DNA of 64,000 nt from Psilocybe cubensis (Eukaryota): the NCBI GenBank assembly GCA_017499595.2, contig CM039007.1:1178001-1242000 (forward strand), in the 5' to 3' direction. The notes under the pieces were generated by a model, which was not told the DNA's origin, made no database searches, and saw nothing but the letters and a program-made list of their open reading frames with translations. This document shows positions 15,133 through 27,202 of the stretch, piece after piece. A program made the translations under genes and the position numbers. How positions within the stretch are numbered: the stretch's first letter is position 1; each line of letters opens with the position of its first letter.

Positions 15133-16458
15133 ATGTTCCGGTCTGCTTCTCGACTGGTAAGATACCGCTCCTTTGGACTGAGAGTGATGAAATACAACGC
15201 TGAATGTTGTGTTTGTATCTGTCTTTTTGAATCGAATTATCTGCTCTGCACCACCACGACGACGACGACGACGATGATGATGATGACGATGACGATGACG
15301 GTGCTGGTGTTGGTGTTGGTGTTGGTAATGGTAATGGTAATGGTAATGGTAATGGTAATGGTGGTGAGTAGCCAAGAAGGGCCATTCTTTCTGCAACGGT
15401 CGCAGGAACGGCTGTCGGCATCCACGACCCTCAGAAGGTCAGTATCCTTCTCCCTAGATTTCTAACTGTCACTTTTCTACGAGCGTTCCGCTGAACCAAC
15501 CCATCCTCATTCTCATTCTCGCTCCCTTTAAACGCAAACGAAAACGGAATCACAACACAACACACGCACTCCCTCACTCACACCCATCCTCACACACACT
15601 CACCCACCCACCCTCACACACGCACGCACGCATATACGCATAATGCACACAGCTATCGATATACCCCGCGCCCACCCCCGACATCGTGCTAGTCGAATCG
15701 CCCTCCGCGCTCGAGCGCGAGATCGGCGTCGTCCGCCGGCACGCGATGCGCGCGTACGACGATGCGCACGCGCACGTCCAGGGATGGGTGTCTAAATGGA
15801 TAGGCGTCGAGCACGCCGTCGAAAGTGCGTTTTTTTCACTTTCACACCCTCCCCCCAATTGAAGGCGTATAACGACTAACCATGCATTTCATCACTCTAA
15901 TTACACATTACACATTACACGTTACACGACATACCCACAGACCGCGTCAAGTCCATCATCTCCCCTGAAGAATCTATGACCCCCAACCTGCTCTACGTCG
16001 GCGTCGCCACACTCACCGGGTCAATCCTAGGCCGCAACCGCCTCCTCCCTACACGCCTCCTCCTCCCCCCCCTCTTCCTCATCGCATCCGCAGACTACCT
16101 CCTCCCCAAAACGACCTCGAACCTGCGCGCGTACCTCGGCGGGCTGGAGGACGCGTATTTCCCGGCTGTAGCGGAGAAGCACGAGATTGCGAAGGCGCAT
16201 GCGGGGATGACGTGGGAGCGGGTGAAGGAGGCGACGGAGAGCGGGAGGGAGAGGGTGAGGGAGGGTGCGAGGGGTGCGGTGGATTGGGTGCAGGAGGCTA
16301 CGGGGCTTAAGTTGAGAGAGACGCTTGGGTGGGGTGGGAGGGGTGTTGTTGAGCAGGTGAAGGAGGTTGGGGAGGGCAAGGTTGAGGAGGTTGTGAAGCC
16401 TGTTGAGAAGAAGGTTGATGAGGTTGAGAAGAAGGAGGATGTTAAGCGGTTGGTGTGA
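15133..16458 (+). CDS. MIC26: MICOS complex subunit Mic26/Mic27 (apolipoprotein O family)
   Basis: Spliced product MFRSASRL/PRRAILSATVAG.../LSIYPAPTPDIVLVESPSALEREIG...WIGVEHAVE/RVKSII...LLYVGVATLTGSILGRNR...LPKT matches fungal ApoO/Mic26-27. The N-terminus resembles a mitochondrial presequence. Mic26 and Mic27 cannot be told apart by eye. Confidence 0.8.
15249..15366. repeat. Compound tri-/hexanucleotide microsatellite in intron 1 of the MICOS gene
   Basis: Successive runs of CAC, GAC, GAT, GACGAT, GGTGTT and GGTAAT units. Confidence 0.9.
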
Positions 16459-17354
16459 TGTTAAAACATGATTTTTGTGAGGGATTAGGGCAAATGATTA
16501 TAGATTTCCGGTTGTTGAAGGATTCTCTTGCTTAACATAGAAAGTAGACCCAGTGACATTCAAAAGCGTCGATTAACTTCTACCCGCACGTCTATCGCAG
16601 ATTAACAGTCCCGGCAGAGAAGTAAAAATACGTAAACTACTTGGAAAAAAGTAAAGTACAATGTCAATGCAGCAGACAAGTGAGAAAAAGAACCTATGAA
16701 ATCCAAGAAAATGACCTTCCGAGTTAAATAAATTCGTAAGACATGATGGTGTCGTGGAAGTAAAGTGCAAGTGGGATGGGGAAACCTGAGAAGAAAAGTG
16801 TCGGTCCGATGAAGAATGAAGAATGAAAAAATGAAAAAATGAAGTGAAAGATGAGTCTAACTACTGGTAAGTCGTAAGTCTACTACTACTACTAACTACT
16901 ACTACTAAAGTGTTTGAGTCTGAGTCGAGCCTCTTGATGGTTATGTAAAACTAGAAAAAGAAAAAGTGTACGGATGCATGGAACGATGAAAACGATGAGG
17001 GATGAGCGATGATGAGATGATGACGATGGTGGAAAGAAAAGAAACGAAAATGAGGATGAGGATGAAATGATCGATAACGATGGATATGCAAGGCGTTGGG
17101 TGAGAGCGTGTCATTGGATGTATGATGTATGCTAAGAAAAGATGTGGTGGGTAGGAAAGAAAGAAAGAAAGAAGAGAAGAAAAAAAACGCTTCGCAGAGA
17201 AAGGGAAAACGATGTTAATGAGTGCTAATGTTGAGAGTAGGAAGGGAGGGAGGGAGGGAATAACGTGTCATTTCGAGATAGCAGAAGAAAGAAAGAGAAA
17301 AAGGTAGAAAAAAAAATTATAGAAGATGAGTGAAAAAAAAAGAAAACAAAAACA

Positions 17355-18660
17355 TCATCGTCTAGCTACGCGCTTCCGATCCCGACCGTCTTCCTCCACG
17401 TCCATCGCTTCAGGGTTCATCTGGATAACGCTGATATTCGGATTATGCGGCTGCAGCTGCGTCAAATTCCTCGAGCTCCGCGTCCGTCGTCTGCTCAGGC
17501 TCGACGCGGTCGAACCCGTGTACGCATTATTGTTTCCGCCCATCATCATCCCCCCAGGGGAGGACACAGTGGACGAGGGACCGCCGATGGATATGGTCGT
17601 CGTAGGTGGATTCGTGTTGGCATCGAGCATGCGCATGACGGCGTGTCGCCGCTTTGTGCCTGCACCGATAACGTTGACGATGGGTGTCTCGGGGTATTGT
17701 ATGGTGGACACGGACGACGGTGTTGTTGAAGGATCTGACAGATGTGAGAGGTGAGAATGCGAGTGCGAATGAGAATGTGGGTGGGTGGAGGGGAAGTGGA
17801 CGGGCAGCGTCGTTGATTGGCGGAATGATTCCTTTGTGGGTGTACCCCGTGATCGGGAAGAGCGCGTCGAGCTCCTCGGGAGCGTTGCTGATGGCGGTGG
17901 CGACGGCGATGATGGCTCTGAAGGTGGTTGTGTGCTCGAGTGCGACGCGGGGGAGTTCGGAGTCGGTAGAGATGTCATCTAGAATAACGACGCACACACA
18001 ATAAAAAAAAAGTCAGCAATCAGGAGCAACAAAGAAACACAAAAAAAAATTCGAAAAAAATACACTCACGTTCTCTTTGACACGACTGGATGACGCTGAG
18101 GCTGTGGATGAGGAGGAGGGGTGGCCGGGTTTCTTGCCTTCTGATTTGGTAGGAACGGGTGGTGGCGCAGTGCGGGTGGCAGGCACCGCGGGCGCGGCCA
18201 CGGCGACACGTTCCCTGTCCTCGTCCTCGTCCTCTTCCTCCTCTCTCGCCTTGATCGCATCCACCCTCGCCTCTGTCCAGTCCATCACCCTCCCGATGGT
18301 CATGCCACCGCCCTCGACGACGGCATGCGAGGAGCTCGCGGGCGAGTGGCCTACGTCCGCCGAGACACCCTGCTGGATAAAGTTGAGGAGATCCTGGCAC
18401 GCAGCTGCGTATCCGGCGTTGTACGCCCGCTTCGAGTTCTTCCTCGATGACCGGTAGAGCGTGGTGATGCTCAGAGCGGCGGCTGTGATGAAGAGATGCA
18501 TGGGAGAAATTGAGAAATGGAGGTTATCATCCCCCCGATGGTGTGGGCGCAACTAAGGGGACGGAGACGTACCTTTGAAATCGTTGAGGAGCTCCTTCTC
18601 TGCATTCTGCTGGGTGGTGGGAAGGGAATTGGCAAGGGTGTTGAGGTTGAGGGACTCCAT
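17355..18660 (-). CDS. YJR056C/HAPSTR1-like conserved protein (3 exons)
   Basis: MESLNLNTLANSLP...ELLNDFK/AAALSITTLYRSS...AYNAGYAAACQDLL resembles the family pattern 'FKxAAxxVTxLY...GYxxxxxD(I/L)L'. Low-complexity C-terminus ends in a basic NLS-like RDRKRVARR. Confidence 0.65.
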
Positions 18661-19434
18661 TGGAGAACAGGCAACGGCGCTCTTTGACAGAGCTGTTGGT
18701 AAATGTGCAAAACCCTAAACGACCCAAAACAGCTCTCCAAACAATCTGCCATCGCTTATGTAACCACACCTCATCACTCGGATTCCGGTCTCTGCACTCT
18801 GCCGCACAGCGCTTGTTGTGCTGGTTGTCATTTATTACAGCGAGTATTGTCTTTTGTGAATTATGCTCTCAGTATCCGGTGCCATGTTTTCATGCCAGAG
18901 AGCAATAAAAGTGTCAATCACTGACTTGTTGTGGTGTGTTATGGCTAGAAGGTCCCGGCGGTAAGTGTAATGCCACGCATGACTCAAACCCGGATCCGAT
19001 TTCAACTTTTGTTCTCACTTCCATTCAATAACACCACCCATCAAGACAACGTCAAAGACATTCGATGCTCAGAGAATGTATGCAAATTTTGCTTGCCTAG
19101 AGACTTTGTGGATGTTCAAGGATGTTCTGGAAACTACTTCGGGGGCTCTCGGAATTTCTAATCGGCTGCCATCATTCGCGATCCACTGCTTTTGCTGGGC
19201 GACGCACGATACGACGTACAACACAGCGCGGTCCGCTGTTCGTCGTTCTTCTCCCCAGTGACATCAGACTCTAACATAATAGATGTTTCTTGTCCTTTCT
19301 TCTTGACCTTCTGAACTGTGACCTATCTGCTGGCGTTCTGGTCTGATCATGGGACAATCCACTCGGCCCGACATGCTATTCACTCTTGTATAAGTATGGC
19401 TCTCGAGGAGCCTCCTCTACGTGGACAAGTTGTG

Positions 19435-22397
19435 ATGAGACTAGGCTTTTTTCTTCTGTTTGTCTTGCTAGGGCTCGATTTGTCGTATGCCAGCGCACCA
19501 AGTGGACCCTGGGATGCCTTCAACCTCGCCCCAGAGTCCAAGACGGTGTATCCAGCTGCAATCCACTCCTCGCACGGCACTGTCAAAAACTCAAATCTAC
19601 TCGTTAAAAACAAAGGAAAAGCATCTCTATCAACCAACGGCTCGTGGATTGCTCTAGATTTCGGTATCGAAGTGCGTCAACCACCACTTTTGCCACTCAT
19701 CACTCAGCCAATCCTGGGTTGGTTGGTTGGTTACGTAAGGTTGGGGGCCTGATTTCTCTCAACTTGAACGACAACCCATCTCCATCCTCGTTCTCCCTCT
19801 CGTTCACCGAGTCACCCGCATTCATCCGTCCCTCCGCATCGGACGACTCGTCCTTTCCCTCTGCGAACACCACGTACGACGGTGTGCTGCAGGTGTCTGT
19901 ACCCGCGCACGCAGGGTATTGGGTGCAACCTGCATCCTCTCTGCGTGGTGGGTTCAGGTACCTCACCGTCGTATCCAACTCGGAAAATGATATCACGCTG
20001 TCGAATGTATCCTGTGCTATCTCGTTCGTCCCGCACTTGGAGAATATGCGGGACTACGCGGGGTATTTCTACGCCAAGGATCCACAGTCGAAAGACGAAG
20101 ATTTGTTAACGAAAAGTGCGCATATATTCGTTGTATTCGTTATCATTGTCCGTGGAAATATGCTCATATCCATGGTGGTGGTCCTTTTGATGGGTGTATA
20201 TAAAAAAAGTTTGGTATGCTGGTGCGTACACGGTGCAGACTAACACCGTAGCTCTGAACAGCGGCCGGCACGTCCCCTTTTCCCCAGCAGGATGTAAGTC
20301 CCACCATCTCTATCTCAACTTCCTATCCATTTGCCCACCTCCCCTCCCCTGCTGATAAAAATAATGATCTGCACATGACACTGACATTCCGGCCATCTAC
20401 TGCTATTTTCTGACACGCGTGATGTTGGTGTTGGTGTTGATTTTGGCGTGGTTGGTACCGTTAACCCCACGCACAGCCTGGGCGAATGACGCGACATTAG
20501 GCGTTGCAGGGCCAATCATCGTCGACGGAGCGAAACGCGACCGGTGAATATTTTTAATTTTTAATTTTTACTTCTTTCCCTTTTTTCACGTATATGGTTC
20601 CCGCTCATCTATTTCTATTCTGATCCATCGTTTACGCCCGATCCGAATCCTGTGTGTATGAAGTGCTGTGTGGCCTGGTGAGCATATTCTGTTTGTTGCA
20701 TTGCTTGCACGGCGGACATCTCGTTTTTTTGGGCGATCAATCGTAATAGTGGTGTGATAGAACTTGGCGGGGGATGCGTCATGGTACTATTACACCACTA
20801 TTTCCCTGATTTCCTTCAGATGTCCGCCGTGCATTATGGACCGAGGTGCTCATCAAGGGTCGTACGGCTTGCTTTTGCTTTTGCTTTGTGTTTGTGTTTG
20901 TAGGTGATATGGGTATCGCTGTGCCCACGCAGTTCGTCTCGACGAACGATCTGATCCCGACGCGGAATGCATTGTCGACGATGTTTGCTGCTATCAACCC
21001 TAAAACGGGTGCGCTCCCTGAATCTGGTCCGCCGCTTAGCCAGCAGGGATCGGATACGTACCATGCATGGACGCTCATTGGGACATGTGAGTGATGATTT
21101 CTTTTTTCATTCATTGTCTCTGAGAAGGTGATGGTATAGATAACTATGTTTTGTTTTCTGGGGATGTTGAGTGGTTGCAGGGTGTGTGGGCGAATTATAC
21201 GAAGGCGGTAGCGTTTTTGGAGGGTAAAGTGGATGGGACGGGGTTGATGGATGTGACGGGTTTGAGAGATTGGGCGAGGCAGGGCGGGGGAGGGTATAAC
21301 GCCGAAGGGAACGCAATTCTGTACAAGGTGCTCACCACCGCATCATCCCTCGCATCCACCATGTCCCTCCCCTCCCTCTCCTCCACCTACTTACAAAACG
21401 CAACCGCACTCAAATCGGCATTCAACAACGCGTTCTGGCTTCCTAGTAAAGGGATGTATCGTGATAATCAGACGACGACGCTGTGTCCGCAGGACGCGAA
21501 TTCGTTTGCGATCTTGTTTAATTTGACGGAGAGGGAGGAGCAGAAGAGGATGGTTAGTGATGGGCTGGTGAGGAATTGGAATGGGATTGGGCCTGTTGCG
21601 CCTGAGTTGCCGGATACGATTAGTCCGTTTATAAGTGGTTTTGAGGTGCGTTTTTATCTTTGGTGTAAAGTTTGTGTCTATCTTTGCGATTGAGGTGATA
21701 TTGATGGTGTTTATCTTGATTTATTAGATACAAGCACATTTTGAGGCAGGGAACGACGCGCGGGCGATGGAGCTCATCCGCCGTACCTGGGGATACATGT
21801 TGACCACTGATCTGTCAGTGCAGAGCACTTTGCTAGAGGGATTCACAGCTAATGGATCACTCGCGTATGTGTTTCTTTTGATTTAATGAGCGCCTTTTTT
21901 GATCACTTAAATATACAACTCGATCACTCATTGACCGTAATCGTCGGTGCGAATACGGTAGATATCGATACAACCACGGATACAACGACGATCCAGCGTA
22001 CACATCACACAGTCACGGATGGAGCTCGGGTCCCACTCCCGCGCTGACGTTCTATGTCCTTGGACTAACGCTCACGGAACTGCAAGGCAGGACTTGGGCG
22101 CTTGCACCCCATTTTGGAGGTGGGCTGCGAGCGGCGGAGGGTGGTTTTCAGACGGGGCTAGGGTGGTTCGGTGTCAAGTGGTCGGCTGTGTTTGGGGAGC
22201 AAGGAGAGGTGGAAAGTTTGATGATGAGTGTTGAGACACCGGAAGGGACGAATGGGGTGGTTATGCTTCCGAAAGGTATTAATGGATGGATTGCGGTGGA
22301 TGGGTCACGGCTGGAAAATCTGAGCCTGCAGGATAGTCGGGGGGTTACCTTGAGATTGATAGGAGGCAAGCACGAAATCCAAGTACAACCCGTCTAA
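19435..22397 (+). CDS. Secreted glycoside hydrolase family 78 (alpha-L-rhamnosidase)
   Basis: Signal peptide; LDFGIE, RGGFRY, WYAGAYT, catalytic-region DGAKRDR/AVWPG/DMGIA, DWAR, PQDANS, ISPFISGFE and SHGWSSGPT motifs. Many GT-AG introns. Confidence 0.92.
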
Positions 22398-23639
22398 TAA
22401 TGTCCGCCGAATCTCATTCCCATGAACATTAGTGAACATTAGTTCATATCCGATACGACGAGAAGGAATCATGGTATACTAGGCATAGTCTAACGTGACG
22501 TATCATGAGAACATAGAAGATTGACTTGATGGGCTAAAGCCGAGCATCCGATCGAACAAAATTTTTGTTCAACACAAGGGTAGAAGATAATAGAACATCT
22601 GAGCGCCGTAAGCCCATGACTGATAGGAAAGGCCTTTAGGGTATGACGGTGCCTGCCGAGTGTGCGCATTGGGTTGCAGAGTATGCTCATTGATGATCGA
22701 TTGTCATTTTATTTAGGTTCTAATGTTGTTGTCTCTAATGGTTTCTTATTTTTTCATTATTGCTCACTGTGGAACACTATCCCTGGTTTCCTTATGGTTA
22801 ATCAAGCATAGTTTAGTTGCTTCCAGAGAGAGAAGTGTCTGCCTGCACTTTCGTTATTACTGGTGAAGACCCAAAATGCTTAAGCACACGTGATCCACAA
22901 GTGTTTTGATCATCACCTCGTACGAACTTAACAGGAAGGCCTACCGACAATTGTGATGCGGTAAGATTCCATTGCTATGAGCGATCAGTTATCCAGATTG
23001 GACATACTTTCGGATTGATGGTCGCTTACTGTTGGTCAACAGCAAAAATTATAACTCATCAGTGTCCAATCCGAACTACTTGACCACCTATATTACTAGT
23101 AGAGCATGCCAGGTACTGGCATAGCAAATTAATCGTTCTAGAAATTCCCACAACTGAAAGGTAGTGGGTTTTGTTCTTCTTAATTCCCCGTATGCCATCT
23201 ATGACAGCCGTAGACCCGTATTCAGGACCGTACCGTGCCGTAGTCTACTCGTGGCAGCCGATTTCTACGTGCCCATTATTCTTCACTATGTAGTACTCTT
23301 ATACTCTTCAAACTCTAATCACCCACACAGCCACAGTTTCCGTAATCATTTTATTTTTACCCCATATATGTCCATATCTATTGCCAGTGCTATAATGGGA
23401 TCCTACAAGACCTCTTGCTCTCCACCCTCCCCCTCGTTGCAACCTTCCCATTGTTACATAACTCCTAACACCAACTTTCACATATATTCAACTTTCCTGC
23501 TGCCGCTACAACAGGTTTTCAGCAAAAACACCGAATTTCAACTTTTCTGCACGGCGTGTGGATATCTCGTCAAACGTGAAAGAACCTCAACAGAAAGCTT
23601 GGCAAGGCTAAAAGTTGTGTATCCCTGTTCTTCTGCCAA

Positions 23640-24570
23640 ATGGGAGCAAAATTGAGCAGCATTGTATACAAAGTACACTGCTTTGGGATGCATCATATCG
23701 CATATTACTATTTCATTCAAAGATACGGAGGGCCACCATCGAGCTCTTCCAGATCACCTACTGATAGAGCTGTGAGTATCATGTATTTCATATTTATTGA
23801 TATTGTATTAATTGATATCTTTCCAGAATGTTAATGTAGGGAGCGGGACAGGCTTGGAGAATCGGATGGTTTTATTATGGAAGAGAATGTGTCTTCCTGG
23901 GTGTGCTGGTGTCCTCACGTAAGTGACTTTTACCTTGCTATGCTACAGTATGCTGGATTGCCGTGTGTATCCATTAGAACATCCTTTGGAATGTTTCAGA
24001 TGTCTGGTGTCAGTACCAATATATACACGCGGACAGTAGTGATTTCCGCCATTGTTTCTTCAACAATTGGTGTAATCGTGACTGCCGCCTACCTGTTATT
24101 AGAGACGCCTGTAGTCGATTTCAATTCAATCAAGGAATCACCCGAAGTATGTCCACTAAATTCCAATATCGATGATTGTCTATTCACTATTGGTTGGGTC
24201 TTTTTTTTCGTAGGCTTTCGAACCTCACAGTAGCGTGGAAGCCACCGATACCATGATGATACTGACATTACCGTTGTGCATGTTCGCTTGGTACCGTCCA
24301 TATTCATCTAAATCTCTTTGGAAGTATGTCTAATAACTCCATAGGTCCTCCATTTTCTGGATTCTAGCATTTTTCATCATCTTCTTTACCGATCCGAATC
24401 AACTTTACAGTCCCAACCAGACAAAAACCAATGTCTGTGCTGTTCTGCTATGCATATTGGTCATTTTTCATGTCGTTGCACTTGTATCTTCTGCAATCCG
24501 AATCAGGCGTCAGAAAAATAGTAACAGAATGGTCGAAGGCTCCCCAAATCACCCTAACTATATACCATGA
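23640..24570 (+). CDS. Small multi-pass membrane protein, duplicate copy 1 (5 exons)
   Basis: Splices in frame: MGAKLSSIVYK...PTDRA/NVNVGSG...LLWKRMCLPGCAGVLT/TSFGMFQM...IKESPE/AFEPH...LPLCMFAW/SSIFWILAFFIIFF...PNYIP*. About 4-5 hydrophobic segments; closely similar to 39084-40085. Confidence 0.65.
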
Positions 24571-24894
24571 TAGATAGAAATCTCGGTAGCCGTATTGGCA
24601 TTAATACATATCTTCCAAGAATGAGGCAGAGAAAACATATTTTAGTCACAGGCCATGTACACTAGCACATTCCCACTTATTATTTATTGCCAGTGTCTTT
24701 CACCTTCATTAGCTCTTGGGTAATGTCAGCGATTTTTCCCCACAAGAGGCAGACAAAGTGAATACTCAATCAATGATTTTATCCATGGATATCTCTTGTT
24801 TGATCGTTCACACAGCATTAGGAGATTGTATAAAGTCTCCTCCACGTAAATTAGAATAGGCAACACATGCTAGACTGTTTTGAATGAAGAAAGA

Positions 24895-25110
24895 AAGCAG
24901 AGAAAAATCAAGTCAGCGTAAACTCACAGAGCAGACACACGGAACAAGAACCAATATCCGCTCTGCGTACAAGAACTATACAGCCGCCCATACTTGTAAC
25001 ACCCCCAGCGCCCATCTGCGTCCTGCTCATTCTCTGCAGCCGCTTCGATCATCTCGAACATCTGGCCACATATTTTGTGCACTTCCCGCAGCGGTAGCAG
25101 TAGTTTAACG
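24895..25110 (-). pseudogene. Decayed fragment of the 3' part of the PP6/Sit4 gene
   Basis: ttcccgcagcggtagcagtagtt (NYCYRCG on the minus strand) and GQMFEMIEAAAENEQDA match the real gene ([17 protein letters not shown], 40697-40820). The adjoining intron sequence agagaaaatcaagtcagcg also matches ~40571. Frameshifts and deletions are present. Confidence 0.8.
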
Positions 25111-25358
25111 TAGACCACCCCGTGATATGTCGTCCCAGAATTCCTAGAACCACAATGAGCCATAAAAGATTGGTCTTGACAACAGCGTGAGAGTATGCGT
25201 ATGGTACACTGATAGTCCGTCTCTTCCGAGCAATGCTATTGTAGATAGAGTGAGCGGTATGGATTAGATACTGATATTGCGCAGTGATCGGAGAGTAGGC
25301 TTGGGCGAATCCCAGTTATAAATACTTCAACGAAATTAAAAATGATTTGATGAATATG

Positions 25359-26024
25359 CACTGCGGGCGCCGACCGCTGTAAGCTGAACATACAGCAGTA
25401 AACTTACATGTCTTATGTAAGTTTAGGTGTATGTTCAACTTACAGCACATGTGTCGGGAAAACAAACATTCAACAAAGACATATTGTGTTTAGTGGCTAT
25501 ATGCCGACCAAACACAATTACTGTAAGTAGCCTGTAAATAGAATAAACACCTAAATTACACAAATTGTGTTTGTCCGGTGTTAGTAAAACATACACATTT
25601 TCTGTAAGTAATACAAACAGCACTTACTGTAAGTAAAAATTACACACAAAGAAAACAATTTGTGTATGTCAGACTTACACCATTAAATGAATTGAAAAAC
25701 TTGTGTAAGTATAACATACACAAATTGTTTTCTTTGTGTGTAATTTTTACTTACAGTAAGTGCTGTTTGTATTACTTACAGAAAATGTGTATGTTTTACT
25801 AACACCGGACAAACACAATTTGTGTAATTTAGGTGTTTATTCTATTTACAGGCTACTTACAGTAATTGTGTTTGGTCGGCATACAGCCACTAAACACAAT
25901 ATGTCTTTGTTGAATGTTTGTTTTCCCGACACATGTGCTGTAAGTTGAACATACACCTAAACTTACATAAGACATGTAAGTTTACTGCTGTATGTTTAAC
26001 TTACAGCGGTCGGCGCCCGCAGTG
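25359..26024. mobile_element. Non-autonomous foldback element of CACTA/CMC type (CACTG...CAGTG), 666 bp
   Basis: Near-perfect inverted arms of ~322 bp (25359-25680 and 25703-26024) around a 22-bp spacer. Termini CACTG/CAGTG; 3-bp flanking duplication ATG at 25356-25358 and 26025-26027; repeated CTTACA/TGTAAG motifs. Confidence 0.9.
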
Positions 26025-26082
26025 ATGCCCAAGGAATGCTCTTCCTTCATCATTTTCTTGCATGCATTAGTAAGCAAGGTTG

Positions 26083-26516
26083 CTGTGTCGGAATTCTCAA
26101 AATAGCCTTATAATAATTTTACCTTATAAGGGCGACACAAAAGTTAATATCTCGCTCTCCAGGGCGTTTTACCTCACAAAAAAGTGAGATTAGGAGAGGT
26201 ATGCGCTTAATATTACTGTTCATAGTATTTATAAGGACATTATAATGGGTAGCAGTGAAAAAATCGAAGTTCAAGAAATTGGTGTCACAAATGTGTCACA
26301 CGGAACCTTTTAGTCATTTTGATCCTTATAAAGCCTTATAAACCGACTGTGGATATGAGATTTACTGGAGCGTATGTACTTTAATATGTCATAAATTTGG
26401 AATTTATTGCTACAATAAGCACTCCAGATGAACTTTAAAAATTCAAGCCCCTGTCTTGTCATGTGAGCGTGACGTATTTTTAGGTTTACAAGGCAATTTT
26501 GAAAATTCCGACATGG
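26083..26516. mobile_element. MITE-like element, probably Tc1/mariner-type (TA target), decayed
   Basis: Imperfect ~31-bp terminal inverted repeats (TIRs): left ctgtgtcggaattctcaaaatagccttataa versus reverse complement of the right end ccatgtcggaattttcaaaattgccttgtaa. Right flank TA, left flank TG; AT-rich interior. Confidence 0.65.
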
Positions 26517-27202
26517 TAGCTAGAGGTTTTTTTCCCATGCAAATCGCGCCTCCCTTCTACTACTTCTAGAGACAGACTTTGATATCATGCGATCGTACGT
26601 TACTCGCTAAAATGTTCCGAATTAGGAAATGTGATCTCAATGTGCATCATCTGGCGGCATGGCCTTCTCAGTACGCATAATTTTGGGCGTCAGTCCTCTC
26701 AATTCCGCCGTCAATGATCAGAGATTCGTTTTCGGGGTTCCCGAAGCGCAAAAATCCGGACATGCTGCATCTTATACCATCTCTACATCTCTATATTCCA
26801 ATAGTGCTCAGTAGCACTGCTAGATAATTTGAGAGTAGAGATCATTAAGGTGTACCGAGTTTCATCCCGCGGAGCTCCGTCGGTTTCCAGCGCCCTGGAG
26901 ACGAAACGACCATCCACAAAATAACTACTGAACATCCCAAAAACTACTACTAATATGTGTATGCTACTGATCCAACATAAGAGAGTCAGACACACCACAA
27001 GTGGGATGTGATCTATGCATATGCATGGCGCTACAGAGTACAGAGATCCCCCTATGTGTTATGACTTAGCAGACCCAGGTAGTTCCTATATATGTTGGTT
27101 GATCAATCTAAATCGTCGGGGTTGCATGAGTGAGGGGACATCAAATGGAGCGGCGCTGTGAATGCCTGTATATGCATAGCCAGAACATAAGCATGTGGAA
27201 GT

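Noticed and set aside
15046-15465. Poly-His/Tyr, poly-Pro/Leu and poly-Val/Met ORFs
   Set aside because: They are translations of the intronic microsatellite.
23653-23655. Apparent shared premature TGA (also 39169-39171) suggesting both membrane genes are pseudogenes
   Set aside because: The stop lies in a different frame from the one that splices in phase with the downstream exons.
25435-25948. Twin 62-aa ORFs on opposite strands
   Set aside because: They are a by-product of the palindromic element; non-ATG start and no coding features.
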